Below are positions 1 through 11,599 of a DNA stretch of 64,000 nt, piece after piece (position 1 is the first letter of the stretch; each line of letters opens with the position of its first letter). The stretch comes from Lama glama (Eukaryota). A model generated the notes under the pieces. It was not told the DNA's origin. It worked only from the letters and a program-made list of their open reading frames with translations, and searched no databases. A program made the translations under genes and the position numbers. Location: assembly GCA_028534125.1 (NCBI GenBank), contig CM052817.1:932001-996000 (forward strand), read 5' to 3'.

Positions 1-570
1 GCTTTTGTTGGAAGTCAGGTGGCCAGGTGTGCGTGGGACTCTCTTCTGTTGCTGGTCTTTTTGTTTATACTTGAGCCAATAGTGAGCGGTTTTAATGACT
101 GCAGCTTGTAACTGGGCTTGGAACGCGGCACCGTCAGGCCTGCAGCTTGCTCTCCTTCAGGCTCGTTCTGGGTGCTCTTAGTGTCTTTCGACGAACAGGA
201 GGTTTATATTTTAGTGCAAACAGATCTTCCCTCTGACAGCTAACAGGTTTCCCCTGGCCTTTTTAGCAAGGTCTTTCCTAATATAAGGTCAGGAAGGTAT
301 TCATTTATGTCTTATACCAAAGGAGTTACATATTTTCTTTCACTGTTTAAGACTGATCCATCTAGAGTTTCCAGGAATTTTTGCATGTAGTGTGAGGTAC
401 AAGCCCAGATTCATTTTTTGTGTTTACTTTGTTTTTGTTTTTTACCTTATGGATAACCCAGCATCCCAGGCCTCCTTATTGAATTGTCTCTCTTTCCCCC
501 CAATCTGCCATGTCCCTCTGTCACATGTCAAAGTTTCATCCATCCTTTTCTTTCATTGGTCAGCTGTTCC
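1..570 (-). mobile_element. Old LINE-1 (L1M-type) ORF2 fragments
   Basis: Degenerate match by eye to antisense L1 ORF2 (e.g. gatccatctagag...tttttgcatgtagtggtgtgagg-like tract, ttattgaa). No intact ORF; boundaries approximate. Confidence 0.6.
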
Positions 571-749
571 CTGTTCCATGACCCCCCTCTTGGTGGGTCC
601 CAATCAGAGGCACAGTTGCTTTGAAGCTAAGGAGACCCCTGCATGAGACCTGGGCAAGTTAGTGTGTTCACAGGACTGTTTTCTTTTGGGGGTAAGTTTG
701 TAAAAGAGTGATATTTGGATTGCCATTGTTTATGACCACTGTCTCTGTC

Positions 750-1010
750 CTCACTGCCTGCCCCTCTGGTTTGACGACATGGGGCGCTTACGTGTGGTTT
801 GCATCCAAGCAGGATTCAGCCTGCTTGGGTTTGCTGAGCTTCTTAGATATGTAGGTTAATGTTTTTGTCAACTGTGGACAAATTTTGGCCATCGTTTTGG
901 CAAATATTTTTTATCAGTTGCCTTTTCTCTACGTGCCACATGACTTTTTTTTTGTATATTGGTTGTTCTAGATGATATGTTACAATCTCTAGATTCTGTT
1001 ATCATCCTCT
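750..1010 (-). mobile_element. Old LINE-1 fragment (ORF1 region)
   Basis: cctgcttgggtttgctgagcttcttagatatgtagg...aaattttggccatcgttttggcaaatatttttt resembles antisense L1M consensus. Confidence 0.55.
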
Positions 1011-1011
1011 G

Positions 1012-1425
1012 AAAGTGACCACGTGTGGTTTTGAAGGCCAGATCACGAAAGACCGCTATTTCTGCCTTCCTCCTTTTTGGATTCCTGCTCTGGGGGAAGG
1101 CAGCCCCCATGTTAGGGGAACACTTGAACAGCCCCTGGAGAGGCCCAAATGGGGAAGAACTGAGGCCTCCTGCCAATGAACAGCACCACCTGAGTAAACC
1201 ACCTTGGTGGTCCATCCACAGCCCCAGGCAAGCCTTTAGATGCCAGCAGCCCTGGGTGTCATCTTGTCTGCAAACTCATGGGAGACCTTGAGCCTTGAGC
1301 CAGAACTATCCAGCTCCCCCACTTCCGAATTCCTGACAAAGAAATTGCATGTGATAAGCAGTGTTGACAGCTGTTCTGAATCACTAAGCTTCGGGGCTCT
1401 ATGACCTCAGCAATAGGTGGCTGAG
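1012..1425 (+). mobile_element. MaLR solo LTR (MLT1E/F-like)
   Basis: Typical MLT1 motifs: gagaggcccaaatggggaagaactgaggcctcctgccaa, catgggagaccttgagcc...gagccagaac, aattcctgac, cactaagcttcgggg. Confidence 0.7.
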
Positions 1426-1989
1426 ATGATGTGTCCGGAGAGTGTTCTGCTCCAGGGTGCAGCATCAGTTCCCAGGGCGTGCACCTTAGGGTCTCAGCTG
1501 CATGTCCAGGGACATTCATGGGACTCCATGAGGCCTCCACTCTGGCCAGGCCAGAGTCCCACAGAAGTTGTTTTCTGGTCAGTCCAGGATCCTCACCCTA
1601 AGCATGTCCTCCGCCAAGGACAGTGGGACTCCCCTCTACACCTGGCCTCTTCTCCAGGGCCCTCCCCACAGCTTCCAGCCGCATCGCTGCCCCGTTGGAC
1701 TCCATCTCCCTGTGCCATGGGAGGAGGCTGCCCACAGGTAGAGAGCCGGGCTGCACGGTTTCCAGGAGTGCCTCTGGAAGGCTCCTTCCCTCGGGATTGC
1801 AGTCCTGCGCGTCCCTTTCCTCACCACCTGAGAACCATCATCTCAGCTGTTTTGTGCGTGTTATGGTGCTTACAGTGGGAGGCTGGTCTTGTCCCAACTT
1901 CTCTGTTACAGCCCACAGCAGCAGTCTTGGTCAGAGTTTCCTTTTAAAAGAGATTCTACATTTGTGGGAAAACTGGCAAGCTCTGAATC

Positions 1990-2150
1990 AAGTCTGGGGT
2001 TTAGTCACGTTGGTTTCTTAGTTTTGACAAAGCTACTATAGAAATGTAAGGTCAGTTGACATTAGGGGAAACAGTTGGGGGCAACTCTGCTATATTTGCC
2101 TTTTTTTCCCTGTAAATTTAAATTTATTCCAGTGGAAAAAAAATAAAAAG
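1990..2150 (+). mobile_element. LINE-1 3' end (L1MC/MD-like)
   Basis: ttttgacaaa...tgtaagg...gacattaggggaaac...aactctgc...ctgtaaatttaaatttattcc followed by an A-rich tail. Confidence 0.6.
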
Positions 2151-2439
2151 GATCTGTCTGGCTGGGAGCAGGAAGTGGCTCCTAGTGGCCATTCCTCCTG
2201 TCCCTGGTCAGTCCCCAACTTAGGTCAGTGAAGCTGGTCACCTATCCAGAACAGAAGTGGTCCACAGCACTCCCCAAGCTCTTAACAGCGCTTACATCTC
2301 GCTGCAGGCCCAGGGCTTAGGAAGAACTTTTATTTTCTTCTTTCTGCTGTCCTGGGTTTTAATTTCCTGAAATATTCACAATTAGAAAAAGAAGCGCTAC
2401 TATAGCACATAACAATGTTTCTTTAGCCGAAGCTTGAAT

Positions 2440-3030
2440 GAGTGGGCAGCGCTGGCCGCGGGCCCTGCCCAGGCTGGTCCTGGATCTGGGCAGTCTCGGT
2501 GAAGAGAGGGGGTGCAGGGGCTGCAGGAGGCGTGCGGGCGGCATGGTGGAGGTCGCCCGTCTTTTCACCACTGCTGTCCGTTCTCAGGCATCGCTTGCCT
2601 CCCTCCAAGAGAGCCAGAGCGGCGAAAACCAAACAGCCTTGACGCGGGGCGGAGAGCGGACCTGACCCGTGCGAGCGAGAGCCGAGCGCGGGCACAGGGC
2701 GGGGCCGCTAGGGGGCGGGGCTTTGAGGAGCGTGACCAATGAGCGGCGGGACTGTGTGGGGCTGGGCTCGGAGGCGGGGTCAGGGCGCAGGGAGACCTGC
2801 GGCCGGCTCTCCCCGCGGGTCCCTAACCCCGGGAGCCCCGCCGCCCGGCCAGGCCAGGCCAGGGCTCCTCCTCGTGTGAGCCTGCCTGTCCCAGTCGCTC
2901 CGCCGCGCCTGGCTCGCACCGTCCCCACCCTGCGCTTTCTGGAGGGCGGGCGGCCCCGCAGGTGCGAGCTGGCGCCCTCAGCGGAGGCGGGCTCTGACTT
3001 GACACAGCCATTCCTGCCTCGCAGCCGCTC
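2440..3030. promoter_or_regulatory. Small CpG island / promoter-like element ~4.7 kb upstream of NSD2 exon 1
   Basis: CpG-dense; GC boxes near 2645, 2698 and 2711-2720; CCAAT at 2736-2740. Confidence 0.6.
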
Positions 3031-3116
3031 CCAAAGCAAGTAATGAGCTATTCCTGTCACCATTTCACAGACAGAGGCCTCACAACCTGCCCAAGGTCAC
3101 GCGACTAGGAAGAGAG

Positions 3117-3520
3117 GTATTGTGGGTTGAATTGTGACCCCCCGCCAAGAAAGAGATGTGTTCAAGTACCAACTCCGGTGCATGGGAATGCGACCTTAAC
3201 TGGAAACAGGGTCTTTGCAGATGTCATTAACTTAAGACGGGGTCATTAGGTGGGCCCTAATCCAATGACTAGTGACCTTATAGGAAGAGAAAACAGACGG
3301 GTGGAGACGCAGGGAGAGGGCCCTGTGAAGACCGAGCCTGGGACTGAAGAGACGCTGATAGAAACCAAAGACCACCATGGACCGCCAGCCACCACCAGAA
3401 GCTAGGGAACGGGCCCCTACATGCATTTTGGTTTCAGGCTTCTGGCCTCCGGAACTGTGAGAGAAAGACTTTGCGTTGTCCTGTGGTACTCCATCAGCAG
3501 CCTGAAGCCGCTAGAACAAG
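3117..3520 (+). mobile_element. MaLR solo LTR (MLT1B/C-like)
   Basis: tgtgggttgaattgtg...gaccttaactggaaacagggtctttgcagatgtcattaacttaagacggggtcattaggtgggccctaatccaatgact...cttctggcctccggaactgtgaga. Confidence 0.85.
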
Positions 3521-3629
3521 GGGAAACCAAGCCTGGAAGCCTGGCACTCAGTCCATCATGAGGCCGCAAGGGCACCTGGAGATAAACGTGGGCTGCGTGT
3601 GCCCCCAGGGGGACTCAGCCAGCCTGAGA

Positions 3630-4130
3630 GGGGGGAGAGGAAGGCTTCTGGAGAAAGTCACATCCCAGCTAAGACCTGGCATGGGGAGAGGAAGGGAAGA
3701 AGTCCAGTCTGGTGCCCTGCCCAGGGGTAGGTTCATGTGTCTGTCCAAGGGGTGTAGTCCAGTGAGGAGTGAGCCTTATTGACCGGGAGCGCTGGGGAGA
3801 GGGCTGGTGGAAGAGGCAGAGTGTGATGGCCTCCTCATTCCTGCAAGTCTGATGCAAGGCTCACCAAGAAGTGGGCTTTGTGTGGGGGCACTGGGGAGCC
3901 ATAGCAGGATTTCTAGCAGGTGGGTGACATGATCAGTTTTGTGGTTTAGGAAACTTCCCTTGGCTGGGTGCAGAGAATGAACTAAAGGGGGAGAAAGGGG
4001 TGGGGAACCAGTGAGGAGAAAACTGCTGCCCAATTCCAGATAGGAAGCCGAACTAAGACCCTGGTCGGAGCGGGGCAGGGTGGCAGGAGAGCAGAGGCTG
4101 GCTTAGAGGAGGTTTTAGGAAGTGGAATCC
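3630..4130 (-). mobile_element. LINE-2 fragment
   Basis: ggaaggcttctggagaaagtcacatc and ggggagccatagcaggatttctagcaggtgggtgacatgatcag are antisense L2 motifs. Confidence 0.6.
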
Positions 4131-7100
4131 TGGGGAGGGGTGAGCCCCAGGCTGGCTGGGGTGGAATCTCCAGGATGCAGCCCATGGCAGGGTGGGGAGG
4201 TGGGGAAGATGGCTCTGAGGTTGCCCTTAAGAGGGGACCATGGTCCGGGGCTGGCTGTGGTTTGTTCCTGCAGGTGACCACTGAGATTCTGATGACGGGC
4301 ACCTCAGGCCTCAGGGGCTCCTGTAGGTCAGTCTTGAGGCTGATGGAGAGAGGGGCGGGCAGAGAAAGTGGGGAGGCCTCCTGTTCGGGCCTCTCAGCTG
4401 GGATTTGGGTGGGGGTGTGTGGTTTTTCAGTAAAGCTTCAGTCTCCACGTCATCTCCCTGACAGAGACCCTTGCTCAATGGAGGGTTGGCCCATGTGACC
4501 CTGAGAGGCCTCACAGTACTGCCGCTAACTCCTGTGGGCTGGCCCAGTGAACGGAAGTGGTCCTTGGGCTGGGCAAGAACTGAGGAAGAATTGAGCCTTT
4601 AGAAAGGCAAACTTCCAGCCTGGGGAGCATAGCGGTCAGGGCTGGGAAGGGGCTGCCAAGAAGGTCTGGGGGTGTGAGGCCTTGGCCACTGCTTGGCTTA
4701 GGCTCTGGGCCTCCCCCACTCCCCTCCTTGGAGGCAGGGGCCACCTGGGGCATGGGAGGAGGGGCGGCTTGAGACCACTGGTTTCCACTTGGAAGCTCTC
4801 TTTATTTGGCCAGGGATGGAGAAAGGCTGGGGTCAGAGTGCATGCATCCCCATGGAAACAGCAATGAGCCTGGCCCCTGGGGGACCCTGGCCCTGGTGGG
4901 GGATGGGGAGGCCAAACCAGGGCTCAGGGGCTCCTTTGGTTAAGGGGCCTGGGCTTTGCCTTTGGCAGCAGCTCTTGCAGGGAGGTCTCAGCTATGAGCT
5001 GCAGGGCCTGTGTGGAGGAGGAGCAGGGAGGCAGAGTGGGCTTTGGCTAGGACCACACAGAGAACATGGAGTGGACTGTGCCCCCTAGAGCTGTATGCCC
5101 TGAGTGGGCGGTTAATGGCTGCAGACCTTGAGACCAGGGGACTCCCAGCTCCACTTGACCCCTTGTTTGTGTGGCTGCATGGCTGGCCTTAGAGCTAGCA
5201 GGCAGGCCTGGGGTTCTCTGATTCTAAATGCCTTACCTAGCTTGGCCTCAGCCTGAGAGGCTGATGGGGGCGGGGCAGCAGGGGAGAGCTGAGATGGAGA
5301 GCAACTGAACCCCAATAGGCCAGAGCAGGGCAGCCATTGCCCCTGGAATGCCTCTCCTCTGTAGTTGCTACTTGATATCAGTAGATTCCCAGTCCCTCGG
5401 TTTCCTGCAATCTCTCCTAAGTATAGAGTTTTCATTCTGAGAAATGTTAAGACTCTCAAAGAGACCCAAACAAGGTTCGGCCCCAGCTGATGATATCCTT
5501 GAGTGCCCTGCACCCCTCTGTGCCCACCAGGCTTGGGTCTTCCACCATCATGGCCCTCCCCCATCTGCAAGGGGGCAAAGGGGCAGATGAGAGTCTCCTC
5601 ACCCAGGAATCTACCTGTTCATGGCTTCCTTCAGTCCTGTGAGGGGCTCCTGTTCCTTGCACTGATGGAGGGAGACCTGATCATCAGAAATATGGTCTCC
5701 ACAGGGTGAGGACCCTGGTGTGTGCAGGGCTGCGGCTGCCCAAATGGCCAGACCGAATGAAAAGGGCTTAGGGCCCAGGGAGGTCTGCACTCAGTGGGAA
5801 AATATCAGCCAGCACCAAATAACTTTCTTCAAGAAAATTTAAACACACACTTGCATGTTTTGAATAAATTTACATGTTGATTGCACTATTCTAGAGTTTT
5901 TTTTTTTTTTTTGAAGAGGAGCCTAATTCCAAATCTGTGAAATCAAATGAGATCTGGTGGTACTTGTCTTGTACTGCAGGGATTTAAAGATACTGGGGAG
6001 ATGGGCAGTTTTCAGGCTTGTGCTGCAGAGGGATCCAGGGCCCAGAGAGAGTACCTACTCTCCCTACAGCCAAGAGATGTGGCAAAATGCAAATGTGAAT
6101 GGACCACCACCCAGCTAGACACCTTCCAGTGGCACCTGGTGGCCGGAGGTGAGTCCTGGCAGTGACTGATGGGGGAAGGGCTTCTCTTCTGGTCGCTCAG
6201 GCTCCAGTACCCTGCAAGGGTGCAGCACACGCAGTAGGATCTCACCATATAGCCTTGGGTGGGAGGGTGAGCAATTCTGTAACCCTTTTCCCCGGGACAC
6301 TGCAGAGGGCCTCTCATGCTCTGGGGAAGCAGAAGCTTGCCCTGCTGGAAGTGGGGAGTCTGAAGTGCCAACTTGTCTTAAGTGAGTGTGGCCTACCGGA
6401 GTCCTGCACTGGCAGAGCTGACCAGGCCTTTGTATTCCATCCCTTCAGCTACCAGATGTGGCTGCCCCAGGAAAGAGAGACCAGCAGGGAGGTGGCTCTC
6501 TGCAGCTGGCATAGACCCTGTAGGAGCTGGCAGCTGGAAGCTGGGCAGGAAGACCTTCCTTGAATGGGCACTTGAGGGGCACATCTCTGTGTCCACCGTA
6601 ATAGTCCACTGTCCTCACCATAAGCCAGGGTGATCTTCTCAAAGCTAGACCCTGACCACTGGTTGGCACTCCTAGGCCTGCCCTGGGCCTCTTTCCCACC
6701 CCAGCCTCACAAGAATGGCATGAACCCTAGCAGTTTCAGGGGCTGGGAGTTCTGCCTCTGACCACGGACTCCCCACTGCACCGAGACCCAGGCCAGATCC
6801 GAGCTTGCGAGATGCGGGGAAGGCTGAATGCACGCCCTGCAGATATTCTGCAGGAAGATCCCACTACCATCGCGACGGCCAGCCTCTCTCCGGCCTGCTT
6901 TCCCCTCTCCCACTTGGTGTTTGTGATGCAGGTTCCGGGAGCGCAGGTATGGGGGCCTCTGCACCCTTTTCGGCAGTCCTGGGAGCTCCCCCAACATTGC
7001 TTTCCTGCGAGTTCCAGCTGTTTCGCGTCCAGGGGCGGTTGGAACCTGACGTCCGTCTTCCCGGACTGGGGACCCGCGCCAGAGAGCCTCCTGACCTGGG

Positions 7101-7741
7101 AGCCCTCTTTATGCACCGAGGCAGGGGCGTGTGGGTGACCACGTGGGTGACCACTTGGGTGTCGGCCTGCGGCTAGCACAGGCCTAGCCCGCGCGCGGCC
7201 TTGCGGGCGTAGGCCACGCGGGGAGCCAGGGAGGGAGCGGCGCCGCTGGCCCCCTGTCCCGGCTCCACGGCCGCGCGCCCCGAGCTGGGGCCGCGATCGC
7301 GCGGGCGGCCTCGCTGGCGGCGATTGGGCGCGCGACAGTGACGTCACCACCCCGCGCGCGCGCGCGCTCCGGACTCTGGCTCCGGGCTTTCGGTTGAGCC
7401 GCCTCCTGTCGCGCGCCTGGCCGAGTAGCGGGAGCGGGGCGCGCGCCCGGAGCCGGTCTGAGGCGGCTCGCGGGGTCCCGCGCTCCCGGCCCCGGCCCGC
7501 GCCCTCGACCCCAGGCCAGCGGTCCCCGCCCGCGTCCCCGGCCCCCGCCCGCAGCCGCCCCACCCCGCGCGGATTTGAAAAGCCCGGCCGCAGCCCCGCG
7601 AGCGCGGCAGCCAATCAGCGGCGCGCACTTTCCCGCGGCTTCTGCGAGGCGGCGGCGGCCCGGCGGCGGCGGCGGCGGGCGGGAGGCGCGGGGGCGGGGT
7701 CGGCGCCGCGCGCGGAGAGCCTCGGCCTGGCCGCGCTGCGC

Positions 7742-7774
<33 letters not shown>
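7742..7774 (+). repeat. (CCG)11 trinucleotide repeat in 5' UTR
   Basis: Uninterrupted run read directly. Confidence 0.95.
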
Positions 7775-7776
<2 letters not shown>

Positions 7777-7871
7777 CCCTCCCCTCCCTCGGCCCTCCCT
7801 CCCTCCCTCCCCCGCGGCCCCGGCCCCGGCCCCCTCCCCGGCCGCCGCCGCCGGAGCCGCCGCGCCGGAGA

Positions 7872-7898
7872 GCCGCCGCCGCCGCCGCCGCCGCCGCC
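7872..7898 (+). repeat. (GCC)9 trinucleotide repeat in 5' UTR
   Basis: Uninterrupted run ending 5 nt before the upstream ATG. Confidence 0.95.
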
Positions 7899-10800
7899 AG
7901 AGGATGCGCCGCACAACAGGTCACTGGCGCCGCCGGCCCAACCGCCGCGGGTTGGAGGGGCGGAGGGGCGGAGGGGCGGAGGAGCCGGGGCCGGGGCCGG
8001 GCCGGGCCGGGCCGGGCGGGCTAACGGGGTCGGGCGGCGGGCGGGCGCGGCCATGTTGGGCCCGGGGCCGGCGGCTGCACCTGTGCCGGCCTCCGGGCCG
8101 GCGGCCTTTGTTCGCGGCGGCGCCGAGCGGGCCGGGGCCGGGGCCGGGCCGGGCCGGGCCGGGCGGCGGTGGGAGGGGCGGCCGGGGCCGGGGGCGCTTT
8201 TTGTCTGCGGAGGGTCCGCGCTGACACCCGGACGCCGGCCGTTGGTCAGCGCGGGCGCCCGAGCCGCCTGGCCTTGGCAGGTGGAGGCGCGGGGACCCCG
8301 CCCGGGGCTGCGGGCCCTGGGCGCCCGCGCTGGCCGCAGACAGCGGCCCGAGGCCCCCGGGTGCGCAGCGGTGCGTCCCCGGGCCGAGCGGCCGGCTCTG
8401 TCCGACTCGTGAGAAGGGCGGTTTAAAATCTCGGCTTTTAAAAAATGCTAGTCCGAGTTTCGGCCGAAGGGACAGGACCCGGTGCAGCGTTAGTGTTTTC
8501 TCCTTGTGTGCCAAGACGCGAGTAGATTTGACATGCGAGTGGAAACTTAGTATCACCACGGCGTTAATCGCTCCTGGGCTGGTGGTTAGGGCGTGTGTGT
8601 GTGCGTGTGTGTCACAGAATCTGTGAAGGGAAGACCAAGTCGGTGAGGGTGAGTGCAGAGCTAGAGTAGGGAAGTTCTTCAGTCCTGACAACCGCGCTCA
8701 GACGTTCAAGGCCTTGACTTTTGAATGACTTAAGCGCCAAGATGTGTGTTCCCTAATCACTAAACAACTTAAAAACCTCACGTGGGTACCACGCGTTGAG
8801 TATACTGACTCTTCTTTTATGTACTTTAAAATTAGATTATTAAGATGGAAAATAAGTTAGACACCATCCCATCTCATTTATGTAACCGGGACTTTAACTT
8901 TTTTATTTTCCCAGCTGTTTTAAAGGTCCTCGTTACATATTTAAATATGAGAGCAACAATGAAAAAGCACAGCTCCAATCTGCAACGTGAAGGAAACAAG
9001 TCCTGAGAGCACAGGCTCTTGGTGGTGTGCTTGCTGTGTGCTCCTGCACGCCACAGCCGCCCTTAGTTCAAATCTAAACTGCCGACTGGAAGTGCAGAGG
9101 ACTCATGCCCTAAGCACGATTACTTTGAGTCATTTCCTTTTCTTTTCTTCCATTTTCTCAGACGCCCAGCAGCGTTCAGTCTTGGGCTGATGGTTGGTAA
9201 AGTGAGGACTTTTGTGGTACGAAAGTCCTCCCCCCGAGACTGCATGACTACCGTTGAGGCTGGCCTCTGATTCCAGTGGTAAACTTTCCAATTTAGGAGG
9301 ATCCGATAAATAACTTTATGAATTTCAGAAATCATGAGCGTATTATTCTTGTGTGTGTACATGTATGATAAATGCAATGTGGTTTGTAGATTAACATAAT
9401 TTGAAGTTATGTGGAGAAACATAGAACAAAACAGTAAGGTAAACAGGCTGCCACATGTGGCTACTAAGGCTCATGGTTTTTATTTAGCTGATTTACACTG
9501 GGCTGTTAAAATAGCATTTACTTAAATGTGAGGAATCAGATGAAGATTATGTCAGAACTGCAGGAATTAGAAATGAGAAATTAAGAGCCCCGTGGCTTAG
9601 TTTCGGAGGAGTGAATGGAGCCTTCCACCTGTGCGGTGACCTCTCCTCCTACAAGTAGTCCAGTGTTAAAAAGTTTACTCAAAAAAAAGTTAACTCACAT
9701 GGCAGAATGTAAACTAATTAGTTACTTCCTTTTTTATGGTTTGCTGCTTCAGTGTAAATCATGTAAAAGTAGGTGGGATTAGACTCACTGAGAAGTGCTG
9801 GTGAGAGGGTAGAAGACACCAATAGAACGTGTGCTATAGGAGACATGGGATTGTCACTGAGCATGCGTCAAAGGGTGTGCGAAGATGATGCTGAAGTTCA
9901 TAATCCACATTTATTTTGCCCTGGTCTTTAAATCTGGCAAATCACCTTTCTCAGTAAGTACTATAATTAATCAGCGGGAACTGAAGATGCAAGGCTTTCT
10001 ACTCACATATTCTGGTACGCAGGTTTGCTTTGTTTTGATGAACTTCTTGGCTGCAGAGTGTACGCAGTTTGGGATAAGCGTCTCAGTGCTCCGAGCTTCA
10101 CTCTTCTCCGCCAGACTGAGTAAACGTGCCCTTGTCCCTGAATATGTGGTGCCCTGTCCTGGCCCAAGCCTCTGCGTGGACTTTTTTTTTTTAACAGTTC
10201 TAAAAGTTTTATTCCTAGAGATTTGACTCTCAAAGCTTTCAAAAAAGAATTCACTGCTTTTAACTAAAGTAATAAAATGTACGGACCGCTTTGCAAATTT
10301 GCGTGCCACCTTGTACAGGGGCCGTGCTGCTCTTCTCTGTGGCGGTCCAGTTTTGCTATTTGTGCTGCCGGAGCGAGCGCTGTGTGGACTCTTGTTGGGT
10401 GTGGACCAGCTGTCTCCCTTTTTGAGCGCAGAGGACCCAGCCCTTTGATGGCTGTAAGTGACCTTTCTCCCCTGTGTATGAGCTTTTGGAGGTAGGATTC
10501 GCAAAACCTTGGGCAGCCTGGCCTGCACTGGTGCCTCCTCAGGGCAGGCCTCCAGTGAATGCTGAATAAATGGGCGTATGATTTAGGATAAACAGCACAT
10601 TCTAATACCAGCGTCTGGCCTGTTTGTGTTTCTTTTCCTTAAGTCATGTTTGAAGGGAAAGGGACCCCCTGGAAGAAGCTGAGTGTGAAGTCAGGGGCTG
10701 GCTGTGGCCACTTTACCTGGGGGAGCCAAGACCCTGTTAGCCAGGCAGGGCTGTTTCCTTCCCTTTGCTTTTTCCATCTTAGTCAACTCAAAGGTTAAGT

Positions 10801-11599
10801 AAAAATTAATGATGAAAAATGGCAAGCATATGAGTACAACAAATAATTGAACAGACCTGTACCTACCACTGAGATGTTTCTGCTGAACCTCTCTGTGTCA
10901 CTGGGCGAAGTAAAAAGAATGTAAAATATACAAAATGCAAGAGCAGGCAACATGGAAGTTGTAAAGGATTATGTTTATCTTTTACAAAGTGTTTTTATGG
11001 GATCTGTTAATTTCCTTTTCAGGAACTGTTACTACGGTAAGCACTTTGGGGAGAAAAAGACTTAAATTGGTTACCCCGGGGACTTGTCAGCATTTTGCAT
11101 TTGTCTCTTGGTTTCAGTATACAAAGGAGCTGATTGATTTGGTGAGATTTGGTTGCTAGTTAAATAATTCAAGACAGACCTCAAATTAGTTTTGTTCTTG
11201 AGTCTGCCTTCCAAAAAGCAAACGGCCAAAGATCAATTTTCAAAGCATCTTAATTTTTTTTAGTACTTACTGGTTTCAACAAGGTATATGATGATAGGAA
11301 CTGCTAAATGCTGGCTGAGCTGAGTGCTGGCCTACAGCTCAAAAGCCCTAGTAGTGAGACTTCCCTAGTGGGTTTGTAGAGAGACAAAGTTTGGTCTTAC
11401 TGGAAGGAGTTGGGAGCTCAACTTTTAACTTGACTGGTTGTCATTGAAAGAGTTGATGATATGAATTGTTTGCTGTGCTGTTAAGGGTGTATTGTATCAG
11501 CAGTGTTCTCACATTTTGATTAGTTTTTCACGTGTGTTTGCTGTTGTGTTATGGAGGCTGGCAGGTCGGAAAGTGTGTTTCCGCCTCTGGCTTTACTAA

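Larger units (their letters stand above)
7650..7919 (+). other. NSD2: NSD2 non-coding exon 1 (5' UTR; TSS approximate) with upstream ATG at 7904
   Basis: Ends ...aggATGcgccgcacaacag|gtcact (GT at 7920-7921), resembling the recalled end of human NSD2 exon 1. The 5' boundary cannot be fixed from sequence. Confidence 0.7.
7070..8530. promoter_or_regulatory. NSD2: NSD2 CpG-island promoter
   Basis: Extreme GC/CpG density. Palindromic CRE GTGACGTCAC 7338-7347; inverted CCAAT 7323-7327; CHR-like TTTGAA 7574-7579; CCAAT 7611-7615; E2F consensus TTTCCCGC 7629-7636; many GC boxes. Confidence 0.92.

Noticed and set aside
2440..3030. Possible LETM1 exon 1 (the divergent neighbour of NSD2 in human)
   Set aside because: No frame resembles the recalled LETM1 N-terminus (MASILLRSC...); it is presumably upstream of the window.
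7133..7160. 12-bp tandem gggtgaccac(g/t)t repeat; also (CCGGG)5 at ~45401-45427
   Set aside because: Too short to interpret; likely slippage. Not CRISPR-like: no spacers and the DNA is eukaryotic.
6736..8691. Several long overlapping ORFs (230-290 aa) on both strands
   Set aside because: Low-complexity Arg/Gly/Pro/Ala translations caused by stop-codon depletion in the CpG island; mostly non-ATG starts and no recognisable domains.
9971..10528. 185-aa minus-strand ORF, and the 282-aa ORF at 21490-22338
   Set aside because: No recognisable homology or splice context; the second overlaps an L1 remnant.
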